Positions 19,101 to 34,100 of a DNA stretch of 64,000 bases are shown piece after piece. Source of the DNA: Eutreptiella sp. 'Long Island Sound 2002' (lineage: Eukaryota; Protista; Euglenida); assembly GCA_964036045.1 (NCBI GenBank), contig OZ038379.1:13020001-13084000 (forward strand), in the 5' to 3' direction. A model generated the notes under the pieces. That model was not told the DNA's origin. It ran no database searches and saw only the letters and a program-made list of their open reading frames with translations. The translations under genes and the position numbers were made by a program. Within the stretch, counting starts at the first letter, position 1. Each line of letters begins with the position of its first letter.

Positions 19101-22100
19101 TGTAACTCCTCACATCATGCCCTAAAAATACAAGCAAGAAAGACACTTGGATACCCTGTTTCTGGATAAGGAGGTGCGATGTCTCAGTCCAACAGGGAAC
19201 ATAAGTAAAATCAATGGCACGTCATAGAGCTGGGTAAAATGTCATCCTCCCATCGAACATAAATTTGCAACACCGGAACTAGAAACATGCAAAAAAGAAA
19301 AGGGGATGCACACTTAAATCGTCAAGATCAATCCACTAATCTCCATATCCACTGCACCACTGTTGTTGTTCTGTTCACATTGTCTCTCAAATGAACACAA
19401 TGCCCTGTGAATCTCACGCTCAATGGGTCTACCAAAGTGAGTCACTCACGTTGGTAACATTATTGTTAGATAGACATGTCATCATAGCTCAGCTACCTCA
19501 GCTACCGAGGCCTTGCAGATTACAGCAGCGTAAAGCCATGGCATGATATCCACGTTGCTTATTGGGTAGATAGATTTACTAGTGTTGCATTTGTTCTTCA
19601 ACCTGGATATGTCCATCACCACCCACATTCTATCTGCACATCTACCACTTTGTATAATTGAAATATAATCGCAGCCACCAGCTGTGCAGATACTTTAGCC
19701 AACCCTTTCACAGCCACATGCAGATCCATCTTCCATTCGCCTTTCAGTCCAACAGGGAACACAATTGAAATCTTAATTGGTCATCGAGCTGGGTAAGGTC
19801 TCATCATGGCGCTTACATAACACAAACAACTGCATCTGAACACAAAAAGTGTCACCAACAGCAAAGGCGTATCAGATTGAGGACTGGAAGAATGGGTCAC
19901 ATCATTGCTCAGCAACACTACTCATCATTCGCCACCAAGAAATAGCACCTGCAACATCCCAAACATCAATCTTTCGGAACATGCCTCCGGGAGGGCACAC
20001 CCACACCTTGTGGCTCAATGAAAGAGTGTAACACAGCCAACACCAGTTCTACGCAATGCCACAAATTCCAATCTACAATGAGGTGATTCAGCAGTGGTTG
20101 AGGACATGTGGAACATCAGCAATCAGCAAATACACAAACTCATCACAACCTCAGTACGTGTAATGGCCATTGATGAAATGCTTAGGCAGTGGTTGAGGAT
20201 TGTCTTGACATCATGAACACAAATAGCATAAGTCCCCCTGACAGAAGCTACTTGGTGGCCTTAGCCAAGGGCTTGTGGCATTCTCAAGAGTATCTCCACA
20301 TTCCTTGTGTGGCCACCTACAGATCCGCACACCTGACCCACACTTGGTGCCCAAGCTCACAGGCAGAGACTCTGTGTTGGCAAATACAAAACATAAATGC
20401 ACTGTACAAATCAGACTGACGTATGAAGCAACAACACATTCTAACCTCACATGTACAAACATGAAAAAATGCAAACACTGGACAAACCAAAAGAGCTGGC
20501 TAACCTAAATGGCACACGGAGTCAATTGTACGTCTTTTACGCAACATAGCTAAGATTTGATTGTACCAACCTTTCACAAGAGAGAAACAAACTCCTAGCC
20601 AGCTACCATGCATTGTGCATCTGAAAGCCTTCACCACTCTTGGATGTTTTTTGTTTTGTCAGTGTGCCAGTCTGCTCTGTTAAAGCGAGATGTATCAATG
20701 ATGAAAACCACAACAGACACAGTGTCACCTATGCAGCAGTGGTGCATGGCTGTGCACCTACACCATCAGATTAGTCTGTCCTGCTTGGCTGGACCCTAGC
20801 ACAGCAAACGTACCTTACATTGCAACCATTGTGTGCATGTGCACAATGCAACAACACTATCTGCAATATACACAGACAACATTGCATCCCATCAGTCAAT
20901 ATTCGTTTAAGCATGTATCGATCAGACAAATGCCTCAAAGCATCACATTTTCTTGGAACCCTTGGCCCACTGGTTTTTCTACACCCTACAGTGCACACTC
21001 AAAATCATCATCTATCTTCTACAGCAACACATACCCCCATCTGATGACACCCAAACAACGACAACAAAGCAACGCATGGCCATGATGCAGGAATTGTGGC
21101 AGGAATGGTTTAACATCAAGCTTCAGCTACAAATTAAAATCCCCATTGCACAATATTACATCCAAATGTACAAATCAACAACCAAGTGTAACTCCTAACA
21201 TCATGCCCCAAAAATACAAGCAAGAAAGACACTTGGATACCCTGTTTCTGGATAAGGAGGTGCGATGTCTCAGTCCAACAGGGAACATAAGTAAAATCAA
21301 TGGCACGTCATAGAGCTGGGTAAAATGTCCTCCTCCCATCGAACATAAATTTGCAACACCGGAACTAGAAATATGCAAAAAAGAAAAGGGGATGCACACT
21401 TAAATCGTCAAGATCAATCCACTAATCTCCATATCCACTGTACCACTGTTGTTGTTCTGTTCACATTGTCTCTCAAATGAACACAATGCCCTGTGAATCT
21501 CACGCTCAATGGGTCTACCAAAGTGAGTCACTCACGTTGGTAACATTATTGTTAGATAGACATGTCATCATAGCTCAGCTACCTCAGCTACCGAGGCCTT
21601 GCAGATTACAGCAGCGTAAAGCCATGGCATGATATCCACGTTGCTTACTGGGCAGATAGATTTACTAGTGTTGCATTTGTTCTTCAACCTGGATATGTCC
21701 ATCACCACCCACATTCTATCTGCACATCTACCATTTTGTATAATTGAAATATAATCGCAGCCACCAGCTGTGCAGATACTTTAGCCAATCCTTTCACAGC
21801 CACATGCAGATCCATCTTCCATTCACCTTTCAGTCCAACAGGGAACACAATTGAAATCATAGTTGGTCATCGAGCTGGGTAAGGTCTCATCATGGCGCTT
21901 ACATAACAGAAACACCTGCATCTGAACACAAAAAGTGTCACCAACAGCAAAGACGTATCAGATTGAGGACTGGAAGAATGGGTCACATCATTGCTCAGCA
22001 ACACTACTCATCATTCGCCACCAAGAAATAGCACCTGCAACATCCCAAACATCAATCTTTCGGAACATGCCCCCGGGAGGGCACATCCACACCTTGTGGC

Positions 22101-25100
22101 TCAATGAAAGAGTGTAACACAGCCAACACCAGTTCTACGCAATGCCACAAATCCCAATCTACAATGAGGTGATTCAGCAGTGGTTGAGGACATGTGGAAC
22201 ATCAGCAATCAGCAAATACACAAACTCATCACAACCTCAGTACGTGTAATGGCCAGTGATGAAATGCTTAGGCAGTGGTTGAGGATTGTCTTGACATCAT
22301 GAACACAAATAGCATAAGTCCCCCTGACAGAAGCTACTTGGTGGCCTTAGCCAAGGGCTTGTGGCATTCTCAAGAGTATCTCCACATTCCTTGTGTGGCC
22401 ACCTACAGATCCGCACACCTGACCCACACTTGGTGCCCAAGCTCACAGGCAGAGACTCTGTGTTGGCAAATACAAAACATAAATGCACTGTACAAATCAG
22501 ACTGACGTATGAAGCAACAACACATTCTAACCTCACATGTACAAACATGAAAAAATGCAAACACTGGACAAACCAAAAGAGCTGGCTAACCTAAATGGCA
22601 CACGGAGTCAATTGTACGTCTTTTACGCAACATAGCTAAGATTTGATTGTACCAACCTTTCACAAGAGAGAAACAAACTCCTAGCCAGCTACCATGCATT
22701 GTGCATCTGAAAGCCTTCACCACTCTTGGATGTTTTTTGTTTTGTCAGTGTGCCAGTCTGCTCTGTTAAAGCGAGATGTATCAATGATGAAAACCACAAC
22801 AGACACAGTGTCACCTATGCAGCAGTGGTGCATGGCTGTGCACCTACACCATCAGATTAGTCTGTCCTGCTTGGCTGGACCCTAGCACAGCAAACGTACC
22901 TTACATTGCAACCATTGTGTGCATGTGCACAATGCAACAACACTATCTGCAATATACACAGACAACATTGCATCCCATCAGTCAATATTCGTTTAAGCAT
23001 GTATCGATCAGACAAATGCCTCAAAGCATCACATTTTCTTGGAACCCTTGGCCCACTGGTTTTTCTACACCCTACAGTGCACACTCAAAATCATCATCTA
23101 TCTTCTACAGCAACACATACCCCCATCTGATGACACCCAAACAACGACAACAAAGCAACGCATGGCCATGATGCAGGAATTGTGGCAGGAATGGTTTAAC
23201 ATCAAGCTTCAGCTACAAATTAAAATCCCCATTGCACAATATTACATCCAAATGTACAAATCAACAACCAAGTGTAACTCCTAACATCATGCCCCAAAAA
23301 TACAAGCAAGAAAGACACTTGGATACCCTGTTTCTGGATAAGGAGGTGCGATGTCTCAGTCCAACAGGGAACATAAGTAAAATCAATGGCACGTCATAGA
23401 GCTGGGTAAAATGTCATCCTCCCATCGAACATAAATTTGCAACACCGGAACTAGAAATATGCAAAAAAGAAAAGGGGATGCACACTTAAATCGTCAAGAT
23501 CAATCCACTAATCTCCATATCCACTGTACCACTGTTGTTGTTCTGTTCACATTGTCTCTCAAATGAACACAATGCCCTGTGAATCTCACGCTCAATGGGT
23601 CTACCAAAGTGAGTCACTCACGTTGGTAACATTATTGTTAGATAGACATGTCATCATAGCTCAGCTACCTCAGCTACCGAGGCCTTGCAGATTACAGCAG
23701 CGTAAAGCCATGGCATGATATCCACGTTGCTTATTGGGTAGATAGATTTACTAGTGTTGCATTTGTTCTTCAACCTGGATATGTCCATCACCACCCACAT
23801 TCTATCTGCACATCTACCATTTTGTATAATTGAAATATAATCGCAGCCACCAGCTGTGCAGATACTTTAGCCAATCCTTTCACAGCCACATGCAGATCCA
23901 TCTTCCATTCACCTTTCAGTCCAACAGGGAACACAATTGAAATCATAGTTGGTCATCGAGCTGGGTAAGGTCTCATCATGGCGCTTACATAACAGAAACA
24001 CCTGCATCTGAACACAAAAAGTGTCACCAACAGCAAAGACGTATCAGATTGAGGACTGGAAGAATGGGTCACATCATTGCTCAGCAACACTACTCATCAT
24101 TCGCCACCAAGAAATAGCACCTGCAACATCCCAAACATCAATCTTTCGGAACATGCCCCCGGGAGGGCACACCCACACCTTGTGGCTCAATGAAAGAGTG
24201 TAACACAGCCAACACCAGTTCTACGCAATGCCACAAATCCCAATCTACAATGAGGTGATTCAGCAGTGGTTGAGGACATGTGGAACATCAGCAATCAGCA
24301 AATACACAAACTCATCACAACCTCAGTACGTGTAATGGCCAGTGATGAAATGCTTAGGCAGTGGTTGAGGATTGTCTTGACATCATGAACACAAATAGCA
24401 TAAGTCCCCCTGACAGAAGCTACTTGGTGGCCTTAGCCAAGGGCTTGTGGCATTCTCAAGAGTATCTCCACATTCCTTGTGTGGCCACCTACAGATCCGC
24501 ACACCTGACCCACACTTGGTGCCCAAGCTCACAGGCAGAGACTCTGTGTTGGCAAATACAAAACATAAATGCACTGTACAAATCAGACTGACGTATGAAG
24601 CAACAACACATTCTAACCTCACATGTACAAACATGAAAAAATGCAAACACTGGACAAACCAAAAGAGCTGGCTAACCTAAATGGCACACGGAGTCAATTG
24701 TACGTCTTTTACGCAACATAGCTAAGATTTGATTGTACCAACCTTTCACAAGAGAGAAACAAACTCCTAGCCAGCTACCATGCATTGTGCATCTGAAAGC
24801 CTTCACCACTCTTGGATGTTTTTTGTTTTGTCAGTGTGCCAGTCTGCTCTGTTAAAGCGAGATGTATCAATGATGAAAACCACAACAGACACAGTGTCAC
24901 CTATGCAGCAGTGGTGCATGGCTGTGCACCTACACCATCAGATTAGTCTGTCCTGCTTGGCTGGACCCTAGCACAGCAAACGTACCTTACATTGCAACCA
25001 TTGTGTGCATGTGCACAATGCAACAACACTATCTGCAATATACACAGACAACATTGCATCCCATCAGTCAATATTCGTTTAAGCATGTATCGATCAGACA

Positions 25101-28100
25101 AATGCCTCAAAGCATCACATTTTCTTGGAACCCTTGGCCCACTGGTTTTTCTACACCCTACAGTGCACACTCAAAATCATCATCTATCTTCTACAGCAAC
25201 ACATACCCCCATCTGATGACACCCAAACAACGACAACAAAGCAACGCATGGCCATGATGCAGGAATTGTGGCAGGAATGGTTTAACATCAAGCTTCAGCT
25301 ACAAATTAAAATCCCCATTGCACAATATTACATCCAAATGTACAAATCAACAACCAAGTGTAACTCCTAACATCATGCCCCAAAAATACAAGCAAGAAAG
25401 ACACTTGGATACCCTGTTTCTGGATAAGGAGGTGCGATGTCTCAGTCCAACAGGGAACATAAGTAAAATCAATGGCACGTCATAGAGCTGGGTAAAATGT
25501 CATCCTCCCATCGAACATAAATTTGCAACACCGGAACTAGAAATATGCAAAAAAGAAAAGGGGATGCACACTTAAATCGTCAAGATCAATCCACTAATCT
25601 CCATATCCACTGCACCACTGTTGTTGTTCTGTTCACATTGTCTCTCAAATGAACACAATGCCCTGTGAATCTCACGCTCAATGGGTCTACCAAAGTGAGT
25701 CACTCACGTTGGTAACATTATTGTTAGATAGACATGTCATCATAGCTCAGCTACCTCAGCTACCGAGGCCTTGCAGATTACAGCAGCGTAAAGCCATGGC
25801 ATGATATCCACGTTGCTTACTGGGCAGATAGATTTACTAGTGTTGCATTTGTTCTTCAACCTGGATATGTCCATCACCACCCACATTCTATCTGCACATC
25901 TACCATTTTGTATAATTGAAATATAATCGCAGCCACCAGCTGTGCAGATACTTTAGCCAATCCTTTCACAGCCACATGCAGATCCATCTTCCATTCGCCT
26001 TTCAGTCCAACAGGGAACACAATTGAAATCATAGTTGGTCATCGAGCTGGGTAAGGTCTCATCATGGCGCTTACATAACAGAAACACCTGCATCTGAACA
26101 CAAAAAGTGTCACCAACAGCAAAGGCGTATCAGATTGAGGACTGGAAGAATGGGTCACATCATTGCTCAGCAACACTACTCATCATTCGCCACCAAGAAA
26201 TAGCACCTGCAACATCCCAAACATCGATCTTTCGGAACATGCCCCCGGGAGGGCACATCCACACCTTGTGGCTCAATGAAAGAGTGTAACACAGCCAACA
26301 CCAGTTCTACGCAATGCCACAAATCCCAATCTCCAATGAGGTGATTCAGCAGTGGTTGAGGACATGTGGAACATCAGCAATCAGCAAATACACAAACTCA
26401 TCACAACCTCAGTACGTGTAATGGCCAGTGATGAAATGCTTAGGCAGTGGTTGAGGATTGTCTTGACATCATGAACACAAATAGCATAAGTCCCCCTGAC
26501 AGAAGCTACTTGGTGGCCTTAGCCAAGGGCTTGTGGCATTCTCAAGAGTATCTCCACATTCCTTGTGTGGCCACCTACAGATCCGCACACCTGACCCACA
26601 CTTGGTGCCCAAGCTCACAGGCAGAGACTCTGTGTTGGCAAATACAAAACATAAATGCACTGTACAAATCAGACTGACGTATGAAGCAACAACACATTCT
26701 AACCTCACATGTACAAACATGAAAAAATGCAAACACTGGACAAACCAAAAGAGCTGGCTAACCTAAATGGCACACGGAGTCAATTGTACGTCTTTTACGC
26801 AAAATAGCTAAGATTTGATCTTAAGTTGATTGTACCAACCTTTCACAAGAGAGAAACAAACTCCTAGCCAGCTACCATGCATTGTGCATCTGAAAGCCTT
26901 CACCACTCTTGGATGTTTTTTGTTTTGTCAGTGTGCCAGTCTGCTCTGTTAAAGCGAGATGTATCAATGATGAAAACCACAACAGACACAGTGTCACCTA
27001 TGCAGCAGTGGTGCATGGCTGTGCACCTACACCATCAGATTAGTCTGTCCTGCTTGGCTGGACCCTAGCACAGCAAACGTACCTTACATTGCAACCATTG
27101 TGTGCATGTGCACAATGCAACAACACTATCTGCAATATACATAGACAACATTGCATCCCATCAGTCAATATTCGTTTAAGCATGTATCGATCAGACAAAT
27201 GCCTCAAAGCATCACATTTTCTTGGAACCCTTGGCCCACTGGTTTTTCTACACCCTACAGTGCACACTCAAAATCATCATCTATCTTCTACAGCAACACA
27301 TACCCCCATCTGATGACACCCAAACAACGACAACAAAGCAACGCATGGCCATGATGCAGGAATTGTGGCAGGAATGGTTTAACATCAAGCTTCAGCTACA
27401 AATTAAAATCCCCATTGCACAATATTACATCCAAATGTACAAATCAACAACCAAGTGTAACTCCTAACATCATGCCCCAAAAATACAAGCAAGAAAGACA
27501 CTTGGATACCCTGTTTCTGGATAAGGAGGTGCGATGTCTCAGTCCAACAGGGAACATAAGTAAAATCAATGGCACGTCATAGAGCTGGGTAAAATGTCAT
27601 CCTCCCATCGAACATAAATTTGCAACACCGGAACTAGAAATATGCAAAAAAGAAAAGGGGATGCACACTTAAATCGTCAAGATCAATCCACTAATCTCCA
27701 TATCCACTGTACCACTGTTGTTGTTCTGTTCACATTGTCTCTCAAATGAACACAATGCCCTGTGAATCTCACGCTCAATGGGTCTACCAAAGTGAGTCAC
27801 TCACGTTGGTAACATTATTGTTAGATAGACATGTCATCATAGCTCAGCTACCTCAGCTACCGAGGCCTTGCGGATCACAGCAGCGTAAAGCCATGGCATG
27901 ATATCCACGTTGCTTATTGGGTAGATAGATTTACTAGTGTTGCATTTGTTCTTCAACCTGGATATGTCCATCACCACCCACATTCTATCTGCACATCTAC
28001 CATATTGTATCATTGAAATATAATCGCAGCCACCAGCTGTGCAGATACTTTAGCCAACCCTTTCACAGCCACATGCAGATCCATCTTCCATTCGCCTTTC

Positions 28101-31100
28101 AGTCCAACAGGGAACACAATTGAAATCTTAGTTGGTCATCGAGCTGGGTAAGGTCTCATCATGGCGCTTACATAACACAAACACCTGCATCTGAACACAA
28201 AAAGTGTCACCAACAGCAAAGACGTATCAGATTGAGGACTGGAAGAATGGGTCACATCATTGCTCAGCAACACTACTCATCATTCGCCACCAAGAAATAG
28301 CACCTGCAACATCCCAAACATTGATCTTTCGGAACATGCCCCCGGGAGGGCACATCCACACCTTGTGGCTCAATGAAAGAGTGTAACACAGCCAACACCA
28401 GTTCTACGCAATGCCACAAATTCCAATCTACAATGAGGTGATTCAGCAGTGGTTGAGGACATGTGGAACATCAGCAATCAGCAAATACACAAACTCATCA
28501 CAACCTCAGTACGTGTAATGGCCATTGATGAAATGCTTAGGCAGTGGTTGAGGATTGTCTTGACATCATGAACACAAATAGCATAAGTCCCCCTGACAGA
28601 AGCTACTTGGTGGCCTTAGCCAAGGGCTTGTGGCATTCTCAAGAGTATCTCCACATTCCTTGTGTGGTCACCTACAGATCCGCACACCTGACCCACACTT
28701 GGTGCCCAAGCTCACAGGCAGAGACTCTGTGTTGGCAAATACAAAACATAAATGCACTGTACAAATCAGACTGACGTATGAAGCAACAACACATTCTAAC
28801 CTCACATGTACAAACATGAAAAAATGCAAACACGGGACAAACTAAAAGAGCTGGCTAACCTGAATGGCACACGGAGTCAATTGTACGTCTTCTACGCAAC
28901 ATAGCTAAAATTTGATCTTAAGTTGATTGTACCAACCTTTCACAAGAGAGAAACAAACTCCTAGCCAGCTACCATGCATTGTGCATCTGAAAGCCTTCAC
29001 CACTCTTGGATGTTTTTTGTTTTGTCAGTGTGCCAGTCTGCTCTGTTAAAGCGAGATGTATCAATGATGAAAACCAAAACAGACACAGTGTCACCTATGC
29101 AGCAGTGGTGCATGGCTGTGCACCTACACCATCAGATTAGTCTGTCCTGCTTGGCTGGACCCTAGCACAGCAAACGTACCTTACATTGCAACCATTGTGT
29201 GCATGTGCACAATGCAACAACACTATCTGCAATATACATAGACAACATTGCATCCCATCAGTCAATATTCGTTTAAGCATGTATCGATCAGACAAATGCC
29301 TCAAAGCATCACATTTTCTTGGAACCCTTGGCCCACTGGTTTTTCTACACCCTACAGTGCACACTCAAAATCATCATCTATCTTCTACAGCAACACATAC
29401 CCCCATCTGATGACACCCAAACAACGACAACAAAGCAACGCATGGCCATGATGCAGGAATTGTGGCAGGAATGGTTTAACATCAAGCTTCAGCTACAAAT
29501 TAAAATCCCCATTGCACAATATTACATCCAAATGTACAAATCAACAACCAAGTGTAACTCCTAACATCATGCCCCAAAAATACAAGCAAGAAAGACACTT
29601 GGATACCCTGTTTCTGGATAAGGAGGTGCGATGTCTCAGTCCAACAGGGAACATAAGTAAAATCAATGGCACGTCATAGAGCTGGGTAAAATGTCATCCT
29701 CCCATCGAACATAAATTTGCAACACCGGAACTAGAAATATGCAAAAAAGAAAAGGGGATGCACACTTAAATCGTCAAGATCAATCCACTAATCTCCATAT
29801 CCACTGTACCACTGTTGTTGTTCTGTTCACATTGTCTCTCAAATGAACACAATGCCCTGTGAATCTCACGCTCAATGGGTCTACCAAAGTGAGTCACTCA
29901 CGTTGGTAACATTATTGTTAGATAGACATGTCATCATAGCTCAGCTACCTCAGCTACCGAGGCCTTGCGGATCACAGCAGCGTAAAGCCATGGCATGATA
30001 TCCACGTTGCTTATTGGGTAGATAGATTTACTAGTGTTGCATTTGTTCTTCAACCTGGATATGTCCATCACCACCCACATTCTATCTGCACATCTACCAT
30101 ATTGTATCATTGAAATATAATCGCAGCCACCAGCTGTGCAGATACTTTAGCCAACCCTTTCACAGCCACATGCAGATCCATCTTCCATTCGCCTTTCAGT
30201 CCAACAGGGAACACAATTGAAATCTTAGTTGGTCATCGAGCTGGGTAAGGTCTCATCATGGCGCTTACATAACACAAACACCTGCATCTGAACACAAAAA
30301 GTGTCACCAACAGCAAAGACGTATCAGATTGAGGACTGGAAGAATGGGTCACATCATTGCTCAGCAACACTACTCATCATTCGCCACCAAGAAATAGCAC
30401 CTGCAACATCCCAAACATTGATCTTTCGGAACATGCCCCCGGGAGGGCACATCCACACCTTGTGGCTCAATGAAAGAGTGTAACACAGCCAACACCAGTT
30501 CTACGCAATGCCACAAATTCCAATCTACAATGAGGTGATTCAGCAGTGGTTGAGGACATGTGGAACATCAGCAATCAGCAAATACACAAACTCATCACAA
30601 CCTCAGTACGTGTAATGGCCATTGATGAAATGCTTAGGCAGTGGTTGAGGATTGTCTTGACATCATGAACACAAATAGCATAAGTCCCCCTGACAGAAGC
30701 TACTTGGTGGCCTTAGCCAAGGGCTTGTGGCATTCTCAAGAGTATCTCCACATTCCTTGTGTGGTCACCTACAGATCCGCACACCTGACCCACACTTGGT
30801 GCCCAAGCTCACAGGCAGAGACTCTGTGTTGGCAAATACAAAACATAAATGCACTGTACAAATCAGACTGACGTATGAAGCAACAACACATTCTAACCTC
30901 ACATGTACAAACATGAAAAAATGCAAACACGGGACAAACTAAAAGAGCTGGCTAACCTGAATGGCACACGGAGTCAATTGTACGTCTTCTACGCAACATA
31001 GCTAAGATTTGATCTTAAGTTGATTGTACCAACCTTTCACAAGAGAGAAACAAACTCCTAGCCAGCTACCATGCATTGTGCATCTGAAAGCCTTCACCAC

Positions 31101-34100
31101 TCTTGGATGTTTTTTGTTTTGTCAGTGTGCCAGTCTGCTCTGTTAAAGCGAGATGTATCAATGATGAAAACCAAAACAGACACAGTGTCACCTATGCAGC
31201 AGTGGTGCATGGCTGTGCACCTACACCATCAGATTAGTCTGTCCTGCTTGGCTGGACCCTAGCACAGCAAACGTACCTTACATTGCAACCATTGTGTGCA
31301 TGTGCACAATGCAACAACACTATCTGCAATATACATAGACAACATTGCATCCCATCAGTCAATATTCGTTTAAGCATGTATCGATCAGACAAATGCCTCA
31401 AAGCATCACATTTTCTTGGAACCCTTGGCCCACTGGTTTTTCTACACCCTACAGTGCACACTCAAAATCATCATCTATCTTCTACAGCAACACATACCCC
31501 CATCTGATGACACCCAAACAACGACAACAAAGCAACGCATGGCCATGATGCAGGAATTGTGGCAGGAATGGTTTAACATCAAGCTTCAGCCACAAATTAA
31601 AATCCCCATTGCACAATATTACATCCAAATGTACAAATCAACAACCAAGTGTGACTCCTAACATCATGCCCTAAAAATACAAGCAAGAAAGACACTTGGA
31701 TACCCTGTTTCTGGATGAGGAGGTGCGATGTCTCAGTCCAACAGGGAACATAAGTAAAATCAATGGCACGTCATAGAGCTGGGTAAAATGTCCTCCTCCC
31801 ATCGAACATAAATTTGCAACACCGGAACTAGAAATATGCAGGAAAGAAAAGGGGATGCACACTTAAATCGTCAAGATCAATCCACTAATCTCCATATCCA
31901 CTGCACCACTGTTGTTGTTCTGTTCACATTGTCTCTCAAATGAACACAATGCCCTGTGAATCTCACGCTCAATGGGTCTACCAAAGTGAGTCACTCACGT
32001 TAGTAACATTATTGTTAGATAGACATGTCATCATAGCTCAGCTACCTCAGCTACCGAGGCCTTGCAGATTACAGCAGCGTAAAGCCATGGCATGATATCC
32101 ACGTTGCTTATTGGGTAGATAGATTTACTAGTGTTGCATTTGTTCTTCAACCTGGATATGTCCATCACCACCCACATTCTATCTGCACATCTACCATATT
32201 GTATCATTGAAATATAATCGCAGCCACCAGCTGTGCAGATACTTTAGCCAACCCTTTCACAGCCACATGCAGATCCATCTTCCATTTGCCTTTCAGTCCA
32301 ACAGGGAACACAATTGAAATCTTAGTTGGTCATCGAGCTGGGTAAGGTCTCATCATGGCGCTTACATAACACAAACACCTGCATCTGAACACAAAAAGTG
32401 TCACCAACAGCAAAGACGTATCAGATTGAGGACTGGAAGAATGGGTCACATCATTGCTCAGCAACACTACTCATCATTCGCCACCAAGAAATAGCACCTG
32501 CAACATCCCAAACATCAATCTTTCGGAACATGCCTCCGGGAGGGCACATCCACACCTTGTGGCTCAATGAAAGAGTGTAACACAGCCAACACCAGTTCTA
32601 CGCAATGCCACAAATTCCAATCTACAATGAGGTGATTCAGCAGTGGTTGAGGACGTGTGGAACATCAGCAATCAGCAAATACACAAACTCATCACAACCT
32701 CAGTACGTGTAATGGCCATTGATGAAATGCTTAGGCAGTGGTTGAGGATTGTCTTGACATCATGAACACAAATAGCATAAGTCCCCCTGACAGAAGCTAC
32801 TTGGTGGCCTTAGCCAAGGGCTTGTGGCATTCTCAAGAGTATCTCCACATTCCCTGTGTGGTCACCTACAGATCCGCACACCTGACCCACACTTGGTGCC
32901 CAAGCTCACAGGCAGAGACTCTGTGTTGGCAAATACAAAACATAAATGCACTGTACAAATCAGACTGACGTATGAAGCAACAACACATTCTAACCTCACA
33001 TGTACAAACACGAAAAAATGCAAACACTGGACAAACCAAAAGAGCTGGCTAACCTAAATGGCACACGGAGTCAATTGTACGTCTTCTACGCAGCATAGCT
33101 AAGATTTGATCTTAAGTTGATTGTACCAACCTTTCACAAGAGAGAAACAAACTCCTAGCCAGCTACCATGCATTGTGCATCTGAAAGCCTTCACCACTCT
33201 TGGATGTTTTTTGTTTTGTCAGTGTGCCAGTCTGCTCTGTTAAAGCGAGATGTATCAATGATGAAAACCAAAACAGACACAGTGTCACCTATGCAGCAGT
33301 GGTGCATGGCTGTGCACCTACACCATCAGATTAGTCTGTCCTGCTTGGCTGGACCCTAGCACAGCAAACGTACCTTACATTGCAACCATTGTGTGCATGT
33401 GCACAATGCAACAACACTATCTGCAATATACATAGACAACATTGCATCCCATCAGTCAATATTCGTTTAAGCATGTATCGATCAGACAAATGCCTCAAAG
33501 CATCACATTTTCTTGGAACCCTTGGCCCACTGGTTTTTCTACACCCTACAGTGCACACTCAAAATCATCATCTATCTTCTACAGCAACACATACCCCCAT
33601 CTGATGACACCCAAACAACGACAACAAAGCAACGCATGGCCATGATGCAGGAATTGTGGCAGGAATGGTTTAACATCAAGCTTCAGCTACAAATTAAAAT
33701 CCCCATTGCACAATATTACATCCAAATGTACAAATCAACAACCAAGTGTAACTCCTAACATCATGCCCCAAAAATACAAGCAAGAAAGACACTTGGATAC
33801 CCTGTTTCTGGATAAGGAGGTGCGATGTCTCAGTCCAACAGGGAACATAAGTAAAATCAATGGCACGTCATAGAGCTGGGTAAAATGTCATCCTCCCATC
33901 GAACATAAATTTGCAACACCGGAACTAGAAACATGCAAAAAAGAAAAGGGGATGCACACTTAAATCGTCAAGATCAATCCACTGATCTCCATATCCACTG
34001 TACCACTGTTGTTGTTCTGTTCACATTGTCTCTCAAATGAACACAATGCCCTGTGAATCTCACGCTCAATGGGTCTACCAAAGTGAGTCACTCACGTTGG